DNA of 64,000 bases from Isurus oxyrinchus (lineage: Eukaryota). Below are positions 39,094-51,869 of the stretch, piece after piece. Numbering within the stretch: the stretch's first letter is position 1; every line of letters starts with the position of its first letter. Below the pieces are notes generated by a model. It was given only the letters and a program-made list of their open reading frames with translations. It was not told the DNA's origin and searched no databases. Both the position numbers and the translations under genes were made by a program. The DNA lies in assembly GCA_026770705.1 (NCBI GenBank), contig JANJGN010000026.1, forward strand, positions 35,960,001-36,024,000. Reading direction: 5' to 3'.

Positions 39094-40273
39094 CATGTGG
39101 CCGGTGAGGATAAGACAGGATCCTGAGACATTGTCTAGGTCTTTGGCTCAGGTATCAGGGACAAAGCAAAACTGCACAACAGACTGCTTCCTGGGCCTCA
39201 GGCAGTGATGATTCACGCTAACGGCGCCAATGGCCACAGGTGGCTGATTGAAATTGGAATCTTGTCTGATACAGGAACTAATGAGGACCCGCTATGCTGA
39301 GAGAGGCGGGGCGGGAGCGCAGGGGGAGGCGGGGAGGCGAGGCGGCGGGGAGGCGGGGCGGCGGCGCGAGGGGTGTGGGGGGGGGGGGGGGTCGGATGTC
39401 TCACTGAAGGAGAGATTCTTTCATTTGGCTGTGGAAGGTTTTTAATTGAAGAAAGTAACTCAGTTTTCGGCCAGGAGAATATTGGTCCTGTGAAATAGTT
39501 TGTTTGAATCTGCATTTGGAAAACCACAACAGCACGTGTTGCTTTTGGGAAGTTGTAGATTGTACTTCTGTTTGCACTAGAAGGCAATTTCTTAACTTGG
39601 GTAAAATGTCCTGAATATTTCAGTTAAGACTCTATAATGGTAGTTGCCAAAAAGATGGTTTCATCGTGGAGCTTTGGTGAAAATTAAATTGAAGCAAGAG
39701 CTAATTCATTCGGCCTGTCAAATTCTTTGTTCAGTAACAACATATATCATTGTTCTAATATGAAGAGCCCATAAATAACTCCGAAGAATTATGGAATCAT
39801 ACTTCGACAATTGGTTCACTGATCTGTCAGGAAACGATGACTAGAATCACAGTTAGCAGCAGCCTATTGGTGAAGCTACGACAATGTAAGAGGGAGAATT
39901 AACACTAGAATAAGTCAAAGTCATTCATAATCTGATGTTTCCAATCACAATAACCAATCAATGAATTCTGTCCCCTCCCACCACCCCGCACCCCCACCCC
40001 ACCCTGACGCACACGACCCCAAAGTTTCTAACAACGAAACCATTACGTCTAGGAGAACACTGGCTGTAGCCCAATTCGAGGTGTTTGCACTTACTGACAA
40101 CCAGGTCACCACGGTCCAGACTCACGGTACCACTGAAGATAGAGGAAAGTGAGGTGAGAGCATCCTGAGACACGGCAATACGTCATTGAGAGCGAGGATG
40201 GAAAAAGCGGCCTTCAAATATCTAACTCCTCTTTTACAGAGCGGACAGTGACAATGTGGTGACTCAGCATCTG

Positions 40274-40660
40274 GGCTGCGTCAGGCAGCTGCAGCCTTGA
40301 AATATTTCAGCTGATGAATTTAGTCGAGGTTCAGGAGATCTGGAGAAAAATGGACTTTGGCAAAATCTGCGCCATCCAAATTACCAAGAGAATATTTCCA
40401 CAGTAGAAACTCGGGCTGCGTGTCTGAGTATTGCTGGTAACGGTATAAATTATATCTGTTCGATGTAGTATCATATATACAGCAGCGGAGAGCGACTGAC
40501 TAATATAATCCCCATGGATTATATTTGAAAAACAGAGCCCAGCAGGAAAAGAATATCGACTCACGGCTGTTTAAAATTCAAATGAAATCCGTACTTGGGA
40601 AATTAGAGGTAAAATAAAACTTAGTTAGTCCAGATTTACCCTTCAGTAATGATGCCTGCG
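40274..40660 (-). pseudogene. TCR V pseudogene (18.7-kb family) lacking YYC and RSS, fused to an inverted promoter/leader (40140-40274, +)
   Basis: IHGDYISQSLS..YDTTSNRYNLYRYQQYSDTQPEFLLWK...DFAK..FS...RLQLPDAA, then a junction. Confidence 0.7.
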
Positions 40661-41647
40661 GTGCATGACCACGCTCCCTTCAACACAGAGTTGTGGAAAG
40701 CAGTTCCACACCTCCACAAAAAAAAACTGCTCTGAGCTGTGTGTCTGAGCTCCCACCTGTTGGCGGGTGTGCGCAATCGCACCAATGAAGCATCTCAAAC
40801 AAGATGCGAGAGGAAACCAAATAAAGCGAGGATAAAGCTGTTACAAAAGTTTCCAGGAGCGGCCGAGAGAACAAACTTCAGAATCCAATCGGATCGAGAC
40901 CATTGATCAATCTGCCAGTTAAACTCTCCTTCCTGTTTCTAATCAACTAGTTCTGTCAATAAAATCAGAGATCTATGTTTAGATAATCTCCAAGGAAGAG
41001 GCTGCTGAAACCCAACCTCCATTAAACCTGGGCGACAGCATCTTACAGAGCCTGAGAATGGGGTCACGACAATGTGATAATCTGCAGATCGCAAAGTGAA
41101 TCGCGGAGCTGGAGGGAAGCGAACAAAGGGAAACTAAACAGAAGGGATTAATTAGAAGTAAAAACAGAGAAACCAGAGATAATAAAACGGATAACTTTGT
41201 AAAATGTATTCAATAGAACAATGCAACTGATTGAATGAAAAGAAGATCTTGTCAATGCCCCTGAGTGAGGGTTGCCTCGGTAGATCAGCTCAGTGCCTAT
41301 GTGTCCTCCATGGCGAACTCCGTTTTCTTCTCCTCCTTTCTCTCTCTTTTCTTTCTATCTTTTTTACTGTCTGTTTCAATAATTTCCTAAATATCTGTCC
41401 TGTTCAAATATTATTACTGCAGCTTTTCTCAGGCTCTTTTTCGCTGCAAGTTCTGTCTTACGTCTTCACTCTTCCTTTTTCACCGTCTATGTTTCCAGCT
41501 CTCTTTATTTCCGATTCTCTTTAAATATTTATTCTATGTTTTATTTCTTTTGGCACTCGTATCTCCTACCTTCCGATCATTTTATAACCGCACCACTCAC
41601 AATGCTGATTGTCCAAAAACAGTAGAGCTGCTGTCCCACTCGGTGTA

Positions 41648-42019
41648 GGTTTCTGTACGAGCTCCCCATATGTTTGCTACACTGTGGCTCACGGCGCAGA
41701 GATAGGTGGCAGTGTCTGTAGCTTGGGTATCGCTCACAGTCAGGATACTGAGTTTGCTGCCTTCACTGATTGAAGCTGTGATCCTCCCAGGTTGACCGGT
41801 TCCTCTTGTGGCCATTACCTGATACTGGGGTGGCTGATTCGGGAGCTGTCTGTACCAAGACATGAGGTTAAATGCTGTGGTGTGGGTGCAGTTCATGGTT
41901 ACGTTTCCTGCTTCCCTAACGACCACCTGCCCAGGGAGCTGCACCACCTCATCCTTACCGGCCACCTCCGTGTATGTCAGAGTGAAAGACAGCAAACAGA
42001 TTCTGTAAATTCTTAGCAT
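41648..42019 (-). CDS. TCR V segment with open V exon and canonical RSS; leader possibly intronless
   Basis: ATG at 42019 in frame: MLRIYRICLLSFTLTYTEVAG-KDEVVQLP...TMNCTH...MSWYRQ...DTATYLCAVS. RSS CACAGTG (41686-80), 23 nt, ACAGAAACC (41656-48). Confidence 0.85.
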
Positions 42020-42803
42020 TATCAAATCACATGAAATACCGGCTGTAACAATTGTCTCGGGAGGTCAGGTTAGAAGAAGGAGATGGATATTATATTCACC
42101 ATAATTAACAAGAAGCTAAACACAGACTTCAGGTCCAACTCAGAGGTACTTTATTGTCGATTGAACATAAGAAGCTCAGTCTTGGGGTTTACACGCCCAT
42201 ACTCAGCGTGTCACATTGACACCAGCTCACCCTGTCGGTGAGCTCACACCCGTCCGCCCACATTCAATTTTCTCATTGGTTCACATTGCTCTCTCATGGT
42301 ATGTACCGGTAAGTGCGTGAGTTCCCGCCAAGCTATAGTATGCAAGATAGTTAGATAGACAAATTAGAACAGTTATTCCATCCTACCTACTCTAGGTCTC
42401 TTATCGGGGGAGACCCAACATCTCGCCTTCAACTGTAGCATCCAACGATTCCAGTGCATTCTCCTCACGCATTCTGGCTGAAGCTTTAGTCCACATTGCG
42501 ATAACTCTCAGTTTGACAACATGAATGTTTGCCCAAAAGTCTCCTTTCATATTGTGAACCCGTGTGCTTCCCCACTTGGATGCAGTGCGAGTTTTTCTTT
42601 CAAATATTAACAGCATGCCAACAGTAATAGCAACATTGACAGCTCAATATAATGAATTACGTTAAACAATATAAAACATACTATGAATATTGAAATACTT
42701 TTGTTTCCACATGTGTTCCTTTAATGACATTTTCTTCAATAAAGTGACCGTACATTGTTTTCAGCCTGGAATTCGCCCCAACACTGATCACAACAGTCTC
42801 CCA

Positions 42804-42818
42804 CTGCCCTCTGGTGGC
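42804..42818 (-). promoter_or_regulatory. CTCF consensus site
   Basis: Minus strand GCCACCAGAGGGCAG. Confidence 0.65.
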
Positions 42819-43007
42819 GGTGACTGGAACTATAAGGTGTAGCTTTCGAACAGTTGGTCGCCTTCGGCATTTAAGATTGCATTTAACAATTTTTCTACAG
42901 CACTTTTTTCTTCTTTCTATGTTTTCTCTTCGAATTTTGGAAGGAATCTGCTTTCCTTAAGTACACCTCCGCAAGAGCTACATTTCGTTTCTTTACTTGC
43001 CGCAATA

Positions 43008-46000
43008 CCATAAGACCATATGATCATAAGACAAAGGAGCAGACATGAGGCCTTTCGGCCAATCGAGTCTGCTCCGCCATTCAATCATGGCTGATAAGTT
43101 TCTCAACCCCATTCTCCCGCCTTCTCCCAGTAACCTTTGATCCCCTTACCAATCAAGAAAATATCTATCTCGGTCTTAAATACACTCAATGACCTGACCT
43201 CCATAGCCTCCTGTGGCAATGAATTCCACAGATTCACCACTCTCTGGCTAAAGAAGATTATCCTCAACTCTGTTCCAAAAGGTCATCCCTTTACTCTGAG
43301 GCTGTGCCCTCGGGTCCTAGTCTCTCCTACTAATGGAAATATCTTCCCGACGTCCACTTGATCCAGGCATTTCAGTGTTCTGTAAGTTTCAATCAGATCC
43401 CCCCTCATCGTTCTAAACTCCATTGAGAATAGACCCAGAGTCCACAAACGTTCTTCATTTGTTTTTATTCCTGGGATCGGTCTCGTGAACCTCCTCTCCA
43501 CCCTCTCCCGGGCCAGCACATCCTTCCTGAGATATGGGGACCAAAATTGCTCACGATATTCTAAATGTGGTCTGACCAGAGCCTTATAAAGCCTCAGCAG
43601 CAAATCCCTGCTTTTATATTCTAGCCCTCTCGAAATAAATGCCAACATTGTATTTGCCTTCCTAACTACCGACTCAACCTGCAAGTTAACTTTAAGAGAA
43701 TCCTGGACGAGATCGCCCAAGTCCCTTTGCACTCCCGATTTCTGAATTCTCTCCCCATTTAGAAAATGGCCCGTGGCTCTATTCTTCCTACGAAAGTTCA
43801 TGACCCCACACTTCCTCACGTTGTATTCCATCTGCTACTTCTTTGCCAATTCTCCTAACCTGTCCAAACCCTTCTGCAGACTGCCCGCCTCCTCAATACT
43901 ACCTGTCCCTCCACCTAGCTTTGTGTCATCTACAAACTTAGCCAGAATGCCCTCAGTTCCTTCATCTAGATCATTAATGTATAAAGTGAAAAGAGGTCCC
44001 AACACTGACCTCTGCAGAACTCCACTAGTCACCGGACGACATCCTGAGAAGGATCCCCTTATCACTACTCTCTGTCTCCTGCCAGACAGTCAATCTTCTA
44101 CCCATGCTAGTACCTTGCCTCTAACACCATGGGCGCTAATCTTACTGAGCAGCCTCCTGTGTGGCACCTTGTTAAAGGCCTTCTGGAAGTCCAAGTAGAT
44201 AACATCCATTGGCTCTCCTTTGTCTAATCGACTCGTTACTTCGTCAAAGATTTCTAACAGATTTGTCAGACATGACTTCCCCTTGATGAAACCATACTGA
44301 CTTTGCTCTATTTTACCATGCACTTCCAAGTATTCTGAAATTCCATCCTTAATAATGGACTCTAAAATATTATCAAGGACCGAGGCCAGGCTAATCGGCC
44401 TGTAATTTCCCATCTTTTGCCTCACTCCCTTCTTAAACAGGGGGGTTACATTAGCAATTTCCCAGTGCTCTGGGACTCTCCCTGACTCGAGTGATTCCTG
44501 AAAGATCAGCACTATCGCCTCCACTATCTGTTCAGCTATCTCATTCAGAACTCTGGGGCGTAATCCATCTGATGCAGTTGATTTATCCACCTTCAGACCT
44601 TGCAGTTTTCCTAGCACCTTCTCCTTTGTAATGGCCACCATACTCACCTCTGCCCCCCGACTCTCTAGAACTTTGGGGATGTTACTCATGTCTTACATCG
44701 TGAAGAATGACGCAAAGTACCTATTCAGTTCCTCCGCTATTTCTTTGTTCCCCACTATTACTTCTCCAGCGTCATTTTCCAGCGGCCCAGTCTCCACTTT
44801 TGCATTTCTCCTACCTCTCATAAATCTAAAAAAAAACCTCTTGCAATCTTCTTTTATATTACTGGCTAGTTTACCCTCACATTTAATCTTCTCCCTCCTT
44901 ATTTCTCTTTTAGTTGTCCTCTGTTGGTCTTTGTAGACTTCCAATCCCCTGGTTTCCCACTGCTCTTCGCCCTGTTGTGTGCTTTCTCTTTAGCTCTTAT
45001 GCTGTCCCTGACTTCCCTTGTCAGCCATAGTTGCCTCGTCCTCACTTTAGTATGCTTCTCCTTCCTAGGGATGAATTTGTGCTGTGTCTCCAAAATTACT
45101 CCCAGAAACTCCTGCCATTGCTGTTCCACTGTCTTTCCTGCTAGTCTCATCTCCCAGTCAATTCTGGCCAGCTCCTCCCTCATGCCCCTGTAGTTGCCTT
45201 TATTCAACTGTAATACTGTTTCCAGCTTTTTCCTCTCAAATTGCAGGATAAATTCTATCATATTATGGTGACCTCCTCCTAAGGGTTCCTTCACTTTAAG
45301 CTCCCTTATCAAATCTGCCTCATTACACATCACTAAATCTAGAATTGCCTGTTCCCTAGTGGGCTCCGCCACAAGCTGCTCCAAACAGCCATCTCATAGA
45401 CAGTCCACAAGTTCCTTTTCTTGGTATCCACTACCATCCTGATTTTCCCAGTCTACTTGCATATTGAAATCCCCCATGATCTCTGTAACCTTGCCTTTCT
45501 TACACGCCTTTTCTATCTCCTGGTGTACCTTGTGCCCCACATCCTGACTACTGTTCGGAGGCCTGTACATAACTCCCATTATGTTTTTTTTACCATTCCG
45601 ATTCCTCAATTCTACCCACACATATTCTACATCATCTGACCCCACGTTGTTTCTTGTTATCGATTTAATTTCATTTCTTACTAACAAAACAACCCCACCA
45701 CCTCTGCTAACCTGCCTATCTTTTCGATAGGATGTATATCCTTGGATATTTAGCTCCCAGTCCTGATTACCTTGCAGCCAAGTCTCCGTGATGCCCACCA
45801 CATCATACCTGCCAATTTCAATCTGTTCCACAAGCTCATGTACCTCAGTTTGTATGGTGCGTGCATTCAGATACAACACCTTCAGTCGGGTATTTCCCGT
45901 CCCCTTTCTCATTGTCGTCCCTTTATCTGATGTGCTTGAAGTTAGATTCCTAGCCCTTTCCAAACACTCTCCTATTTTGTGATCGACAGAATTTAATAAC

Positions 46001-46785
46001 CTCTCCTTGCCTCTCCTTTCTTTTCAGTTTTCTCATAATTTTCCATGAAGTTGAATCCACCGCCACACGCTAACCTGCTGCTTTTTTTTCCCATTAATCA
46101 TACTTCTTGGCGTTTGAGCCTTTCCTTCCCCTCCACTTTCTAGTTTAAACCCCTGTTGACTACCCAATTTACCCTTCTCGCTGGAACATTGGTCCCAGAT
46201 CGGTTCAGGTGGAGACCATCCCAACAGTACAGATCCCTCCTGTTCCAATACTGATGCCAGTGCCCCACGAAATAGAATTCCTCTTTCCCGCAGCATTCCT
46301 TTAGCCATGTGTTTACTTCCCTTATTCTCGCATCCCTATGCCAATTTGGACGTGGTCGTGTAGTTATCTGGAGATCATAACCCTTGCGGACCTGTTCTTT
46401 AATTTAGTTCCTAGTTCCTGATAATCCCCAAACAAGTCCTCTTTCTTAGTCTTACCTATGTTATTTGTCCCGACGTGGACCACAACAAATGGATCCTCCC
46501 CCTCCCCCTCCAATATCCTTTCAAGCTGGTCAGAGATGTCCCTCACCCTGGCACTGGGCCGGCAACATACCATGCAAGACTCTCGATCCTGCTTACAAAA
46601 GATGGTATCAATTCCCCTAAGTATAGAATCCCTTACAAGTACCACTTGTCTTGTTGCTCCCCCCTCTTGAATTGACCCCTGTGCCACAGTGCCGTGGTCA
46701 GCTGGCTCATCCTCCCTACAACCCTGTTCCTCAACCACATAGGGAGCAATTACCTCGTACCTGTTGGGAAAGGTCAAGAGCTAAA
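43008..46785 (-). mobile_element. Near-full-length CR1-clade LINE: ORF1 SGNH/esterase domain, ORF2 APE endonuclease and RT; frameshifted
   Basis: ORF1 VLVRDSILRG...VVVHVGTNNIG. APE YLNART...GITETWL...YRPP...MGDFN. RT NYRPISL, YLDFQKAF, KFVDDTKL. TCTTATGG-type tail at ~43008-43032. Confidence 0.93.
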
Positions 46786-47039
46786 GCACATAACAGAATG
46801 GTTATCAACAAATCATTACAGTATTGAACAATCTACAATTAAAATACATGAACTATTTGTGTTTTAACACATTCAGTGAAGGCGGGATGGGCTGAACGTT
46901 ATCATTGAAAGACATGAAGTATAATTGTTAAAAAATACTTTCCCTAAAGAGAGTTATTAGAAAATAAGAGATTTAAAATAAAAAAAGGGAATGTCTCAGA
47001 GAGAGAGAGAGAGAGAAAGGGCAAGAGGGATAGAGCATT

Positions 47040-47076
<37 letters not shown>

Positions 47077-48298
47077 CAAAGTGGTTCAGTGAATTATCCA
47101 CTTTCTCAGACAGAAAGAAGAGGGAGATTAAACGATTTTTCTGACAGACATGACCGCCTCAGCAATGGAATGGCCATTATGACGCGAATTTCTAAACAAG
47201 AATGCATAACAGAAAATGATATCAATAACACATTTCGATATTAAAAGATCTGCAGTTGAAGTTTCAAGAAGAGAAAATAAAATGCTGAAACATTCTGGTG
47301 AAGATAAATCTTATATCTCTGTGGAATGACAGTGGAAGCATGAAAAATGATTTGTTTTTATACAAACACACAGATCAGGCGATATCTGAAATGTAATTCC
47401 ATTGATGCACTTAAACTGAATATCAGGCACTGCGCAGAACAGACGGCCACTTCGGTACCGCCCATTTTAGGCCAAAGCCACAGGCAAATTACGACCACAA
47501 CATCTTTACTTATAATATTATCTTTCCATCTCACAGGCGCATAGACTAATACAGTAATAACAGAGACTAGGTGTGGTATAATATAAGCAGAGATATGGGC
47601 TAGTGCAGTCATAACAGAAACAGGGACTAGTGTTATATTAACAGATACAGGGCGCATTGCAACTTTAACTGATTTAGGAAACTGTGTGATATAAACAGAG
47701 ACATAAACTAATATGAGAGAAAGATCTATCTATCTAAAGATAGAGACATTGAATTATAAAGAAAGCTAGTTAAAGCGAGAAAGAGACAGAATGATTGATT
47801 ATGTGAGACAGAGCAAGGGAGCGAGAAAGACAGGTAGACACAGCCAGGGGTGGAAGGTGATTGGTCAGTGTCAGCTGTACATTACCCTGAACCAACAGTG
47901 ATTGGTGCAGAACTGACTTCATATCAGAGGGACCAGCCAATCGTAGGGCTGAGAAACGCCCATCAGTTCCCCAAGAAGAGAAAACTGCCTTTGGCATAAG
48001 ACTCCAAGTGTCAACATATTTTAAACAGCGTGCTGTTTACTATCGAATCAGGAACCACGTGTTCCTTGTGTGCTTTACTAATAATAATGGTCGTGCTGCC
48101 CGGAGAGTCTGAGCTAAAATCCTCAGTGTGTGTTTCATGGGTTATGTTTACTCACAGATTTTGGCACATTCTGTACGCAGTCACCTGTTAACTCTTTCAG
48201 GGATGAGCCAATCGGCTGCGAGGTCCAGCTGATACTCAGCAACAAAAACAATTCTGGTGAAATTCATTGTGTTCAAATCCACCATCAGCTCCGCGAAC

Positions 48299-48725
48299 AT
48301 GCTGGGTGTTACATTTAAATCACTCCTCGCAGCTGCAGCTCTCTTAACTGGTAAGGTTGACAAGTTAGGCAATTTTCATCTTGATGGTGACACTGAGATA
48401 GTAATCTTCCCTTTAACTGCCTTTTACCTGTATTTGCATATATCCCTTTAACTCAGTAACAATTGGTTAAAATAAAAGTCGCATAAAAAGTTTAAGTTCT
48501 GTATTTCTAAATTTCTGCAGGTGTTCATGCTGCGGACTCTGTCTCGCAGGAGCCGGAGAGAGTGAAACAGTTTGATGGAGACTCGGTGAACATTAATTTC
48601 AGTTATGCGACCACTGCCGGTTTCTATTTCTTACAACTGTACCGTCAGCACCGGGACCAGGCTCCCCCACTCTTTATCTGCACCCCTTCTGCTGGGGATG
48701 TTTTCAGGGCAGAGAGCGTGTACCT
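48299..48725 (+). pseudogene. 3'-truncated TCR V lacking Cys23 and Trp41
   Basis: Leader 48299-48350 MLGVTFKSLLAAAALLT|GTAAGG. Exon from 48521 GVHAADSVSQEPERVKQFDGDSVNINFSYATTAGFYFLQLYRQHRDQAP... No YYC or RSS. Confidence 0.8.
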
Positions 48726-50589
48726 GAAATGGTTTTCGTGAAGAGTTCGGTTAATATTGCGCAACATCCGGCGTCTCTGCCTATTGGTTCATTCCTCACA
48801 GAATCAGCACGTGGCTTCCAATCAGGTTCTTTATTCTGTTTTTCGTCCAATCAGCTGAGAGTTCCTTTACTCTCCAATTCGTGACATCAGATCGGGCAAC
48901 ACTGAATGGAACAGAGAGTAGGACAGCAATTAAACACAATGTTATCCCTTAAGCTGTTTGAGGCTGCGAGGTGTGTGTAATGAATGGAAAGAGATCATAT
49001 TGTGCTGTTATCAGTGTAGGAAGCTCACGTTAAAAGAACTGTTGTCTGATGATTAGGGCAATCCACAGCGGTTATAGAGGACCAGGCTGCTCTGAAAGCT
49101 TTGAATAAAGCAACACGGTCAAATGGACCAATTCCACCTATTACGTGAATGAAAAGTGGATTGACTGACAGGGTTGAACAGAATGGGAGAGGTAAGCAGC
49201 AGATGAGATTAGACAAAATCTACTCATTGAACTATATTTGCAGCAACTTTACATTCTTAATATCTTAAACGTTCATCATAAGTTTTAAAATGAAATAGAC
49301 TTTTCATTTGAAATGATAATCTCTATTCCCGAATATTTTTCATTACTTCTTTTTTAAAATGAATTAATTGAATCATGTTACAAACATGTTATTGAAGAAT
49401 TGTCTTGGGTTTGGGGAAAGAGTGGAGATGTGGGATTAATTGTATTTGTCATGCGAAGAGCTGGCACGAGCACAATGGGCCGAATGGACTCCTCCTCTGC
49501 TGTATGGTGTATTGATCTGCGCCTGACTGAACTACACACTGTTTCCGCCACAGACCTGCCCAACAGTCAAGAGCTGAAGGTTAGTAATATGAGAAAATGA
49601 TAGCAGCAAAACGGTAACAGGCTTCAGCCGACCCTGTTAAACCTTTCCCTGCTAAACGTAGGGTGTCTGTGGACCTGTAGTTCACAAATGAGTCAACCGT
49701 ATTGAGGAGAACAGCGTTGGGTGTGGAGGTTGTCATTCCTCGCTAAAGATCAAAAGGATGAAGCTGCAATTCCGTTCATTGTGTTTCCTGGTTTCTGCAC
49801 TCAGTGGATCAGGAATATTATTGGAGATTTGATTTAATTGGGAATTATTGGGATTTACAATCAAGAATATTAAATTCGTGGTAAATATCTTTCATATCAT
49901 CATGGAGGGCAAGGGTTCAATCCAACGCTGATGCGCTGCTCTCGCTGATATGCCCTCTGAAGCCAGGTTTTTCATTCATCCTTTTCAATAAAAGCCACAA
50001 ATATATCCTTTAGCTCAGGAAGTACTGGTGGGCCAGCCCAGAATTCGGAAGGAGAGTAATATTGAATCCAAAACGTTCAATCTGCTTCTCACTTCACAGG
50101 TGTTGCCAGACCTGCTGTACCTTTTGCAGCATTTTCTGCTTTCATTTCAAATCTCCAGCACCCGTATTTTTTTGCTTTCATACAAGGTACATATCTATTG
50201 TGTCTGATGCAGACTGAGTGCATCAGTTGATTTAATGCTGCAATTTCTCCAACATTTAATTAGAGCTCAAAAATGATGAATGACTGCATTTGGTTTTGGA
50301 AACGAATACCTTTAATGTACGCACATTTGAGGCCTGTTGCTGTGCCCAGGCCCGGACATGAATTGTATTACCTCCCGTGGCTGCACATTATTGACTAACC
50401 TCGCCTTCTACAACAGGAAGCGGCATCTAACGCTGATGAATCTCCAGGGAATAGAATGTACAAGGAACACTTGGATATTTTCAATGAATTGAGAACTGAA
50501 GGTGGACTAGAACACGACGATTCATCTAAATACTTGTTTTTTTAAAAAAACTGTCTATGAGGGAGATTCTGGGGGGAGAATCATTTCGA

Positions 50590-51260
50590 CTGGCAGACAG
50601 AAAAAAAAACAGGCAGTGACAAAGGTAGAAACACTGATTGAGAAATATAGAGAAAGTCTGAGTGACAGGCAGTGAGCAAAACAGAGATGGAGATACAGGG
50701 CAATAAGCAGGAGGGAAGGCAATGCCAGAAAATGAAGGAGAAACATAGAGATAAACAGAGAGAGAAGCAACGAGAGAAATGAGAGAGGGGTAAAGGGTAG
50801 AAATGAGAGAGAAAGAGAGGGAGAGAGAGAGAGAGAGAGAGACAGAGAGAGATAGAGAGATAGGGTAGGATTTAGATGCAAATACAGAAGGAGAAACAAA
50901 TGTAGCAGTACGGGCACATTAAACCACGAAACAAAGAGAAACAAATGAAAAGAGAGTAAATGAATCAGAGAGAGAGACTGTGATAAATATCCAGGCAGAG
51001 ACAGAGAGAGGGAGAGAAACAGATGGAGATACAGGGAGATAACTAGAAGGGATGGGAATGATAGAAATGAAGGAGACACTGGGAGCTAAACAGTGGGAGA
51101 GAGTGAGAGAATGAGGGAGAGACGGAGATAGGAAGGGAAATGGATGAAGATACAGGGAAGGAAAAAGTTGTAGCAATAAGAGGATATTATAGACGAAGAG
51201 AGACAAATGAACAGACAGCAAGGTAAACAGAGGTATACGTAGTGAGAGAAACCGTAATAT
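50590..51260 (+). repeat. GA-rich low-complexity tract
   Basis: Seen directly. Confidence 0.8.
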
Positions 51261-51456
51261 TGTGAGGAAAGATGTGCCCTAATTAGAAGCAGGAATTCCA
51301 GGAGGGAAAGAAAAATAACATTATGAAACACATGATATGGAAAGGCTGACTTCCGAGAACTATATGGCCTCCTGGATTACTAGATCAAGATCATAACCAC
51401 CATATTATTGTGCCCGTACCTCCGGCAGTAAACAAACAAACAAACACAACATAGGA

Positions 51457-51471
51457 GCTCCATCTGGTGGC
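51457..51471 (-). promoter_or_regulatory. CTCF-like site
   Basis: Minus strand GCCACCAGATGGAGC. Confidence 0.6.
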
Positions 51472-51869
51472 GACCTGGGTTAAATGGACACTACCTGGAA
51501 AAATCACCGGATTCTCAAATTATTGAACGATGTTGTAGCATGATTGTGTTGTATTATTCCTGTTCATATTATTACTATTGTAATATATTGTAATGCAAGC
51601 GAATAGATACATGGGAGCTAATTCCAACTTCATTTTAAATCCAGCGATTCCCTGTGTTTATTTACATGCACCACATGCATTGAAGCAGTTCAAGAAGGCA
51701 GCTCACCACCACCTTCTCAACGGCAATTAGCGATGGGCAATAAATGCTGGCCTGGCAGGTGAAGCCCACATCCCATAAATGAATAAAACGTTGCACTGGT
51801 AATGATGTTGCTGATGATGAGATGGTGACTATTCCCAACATTTATGTCAGAATTGAGCCATCAACACAC

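Noticed and set aside
50555-51331. Long Leu/Ser/Phe-rich ORFs
   Set aside because: Translation of a GA-rich low-complexity tract.
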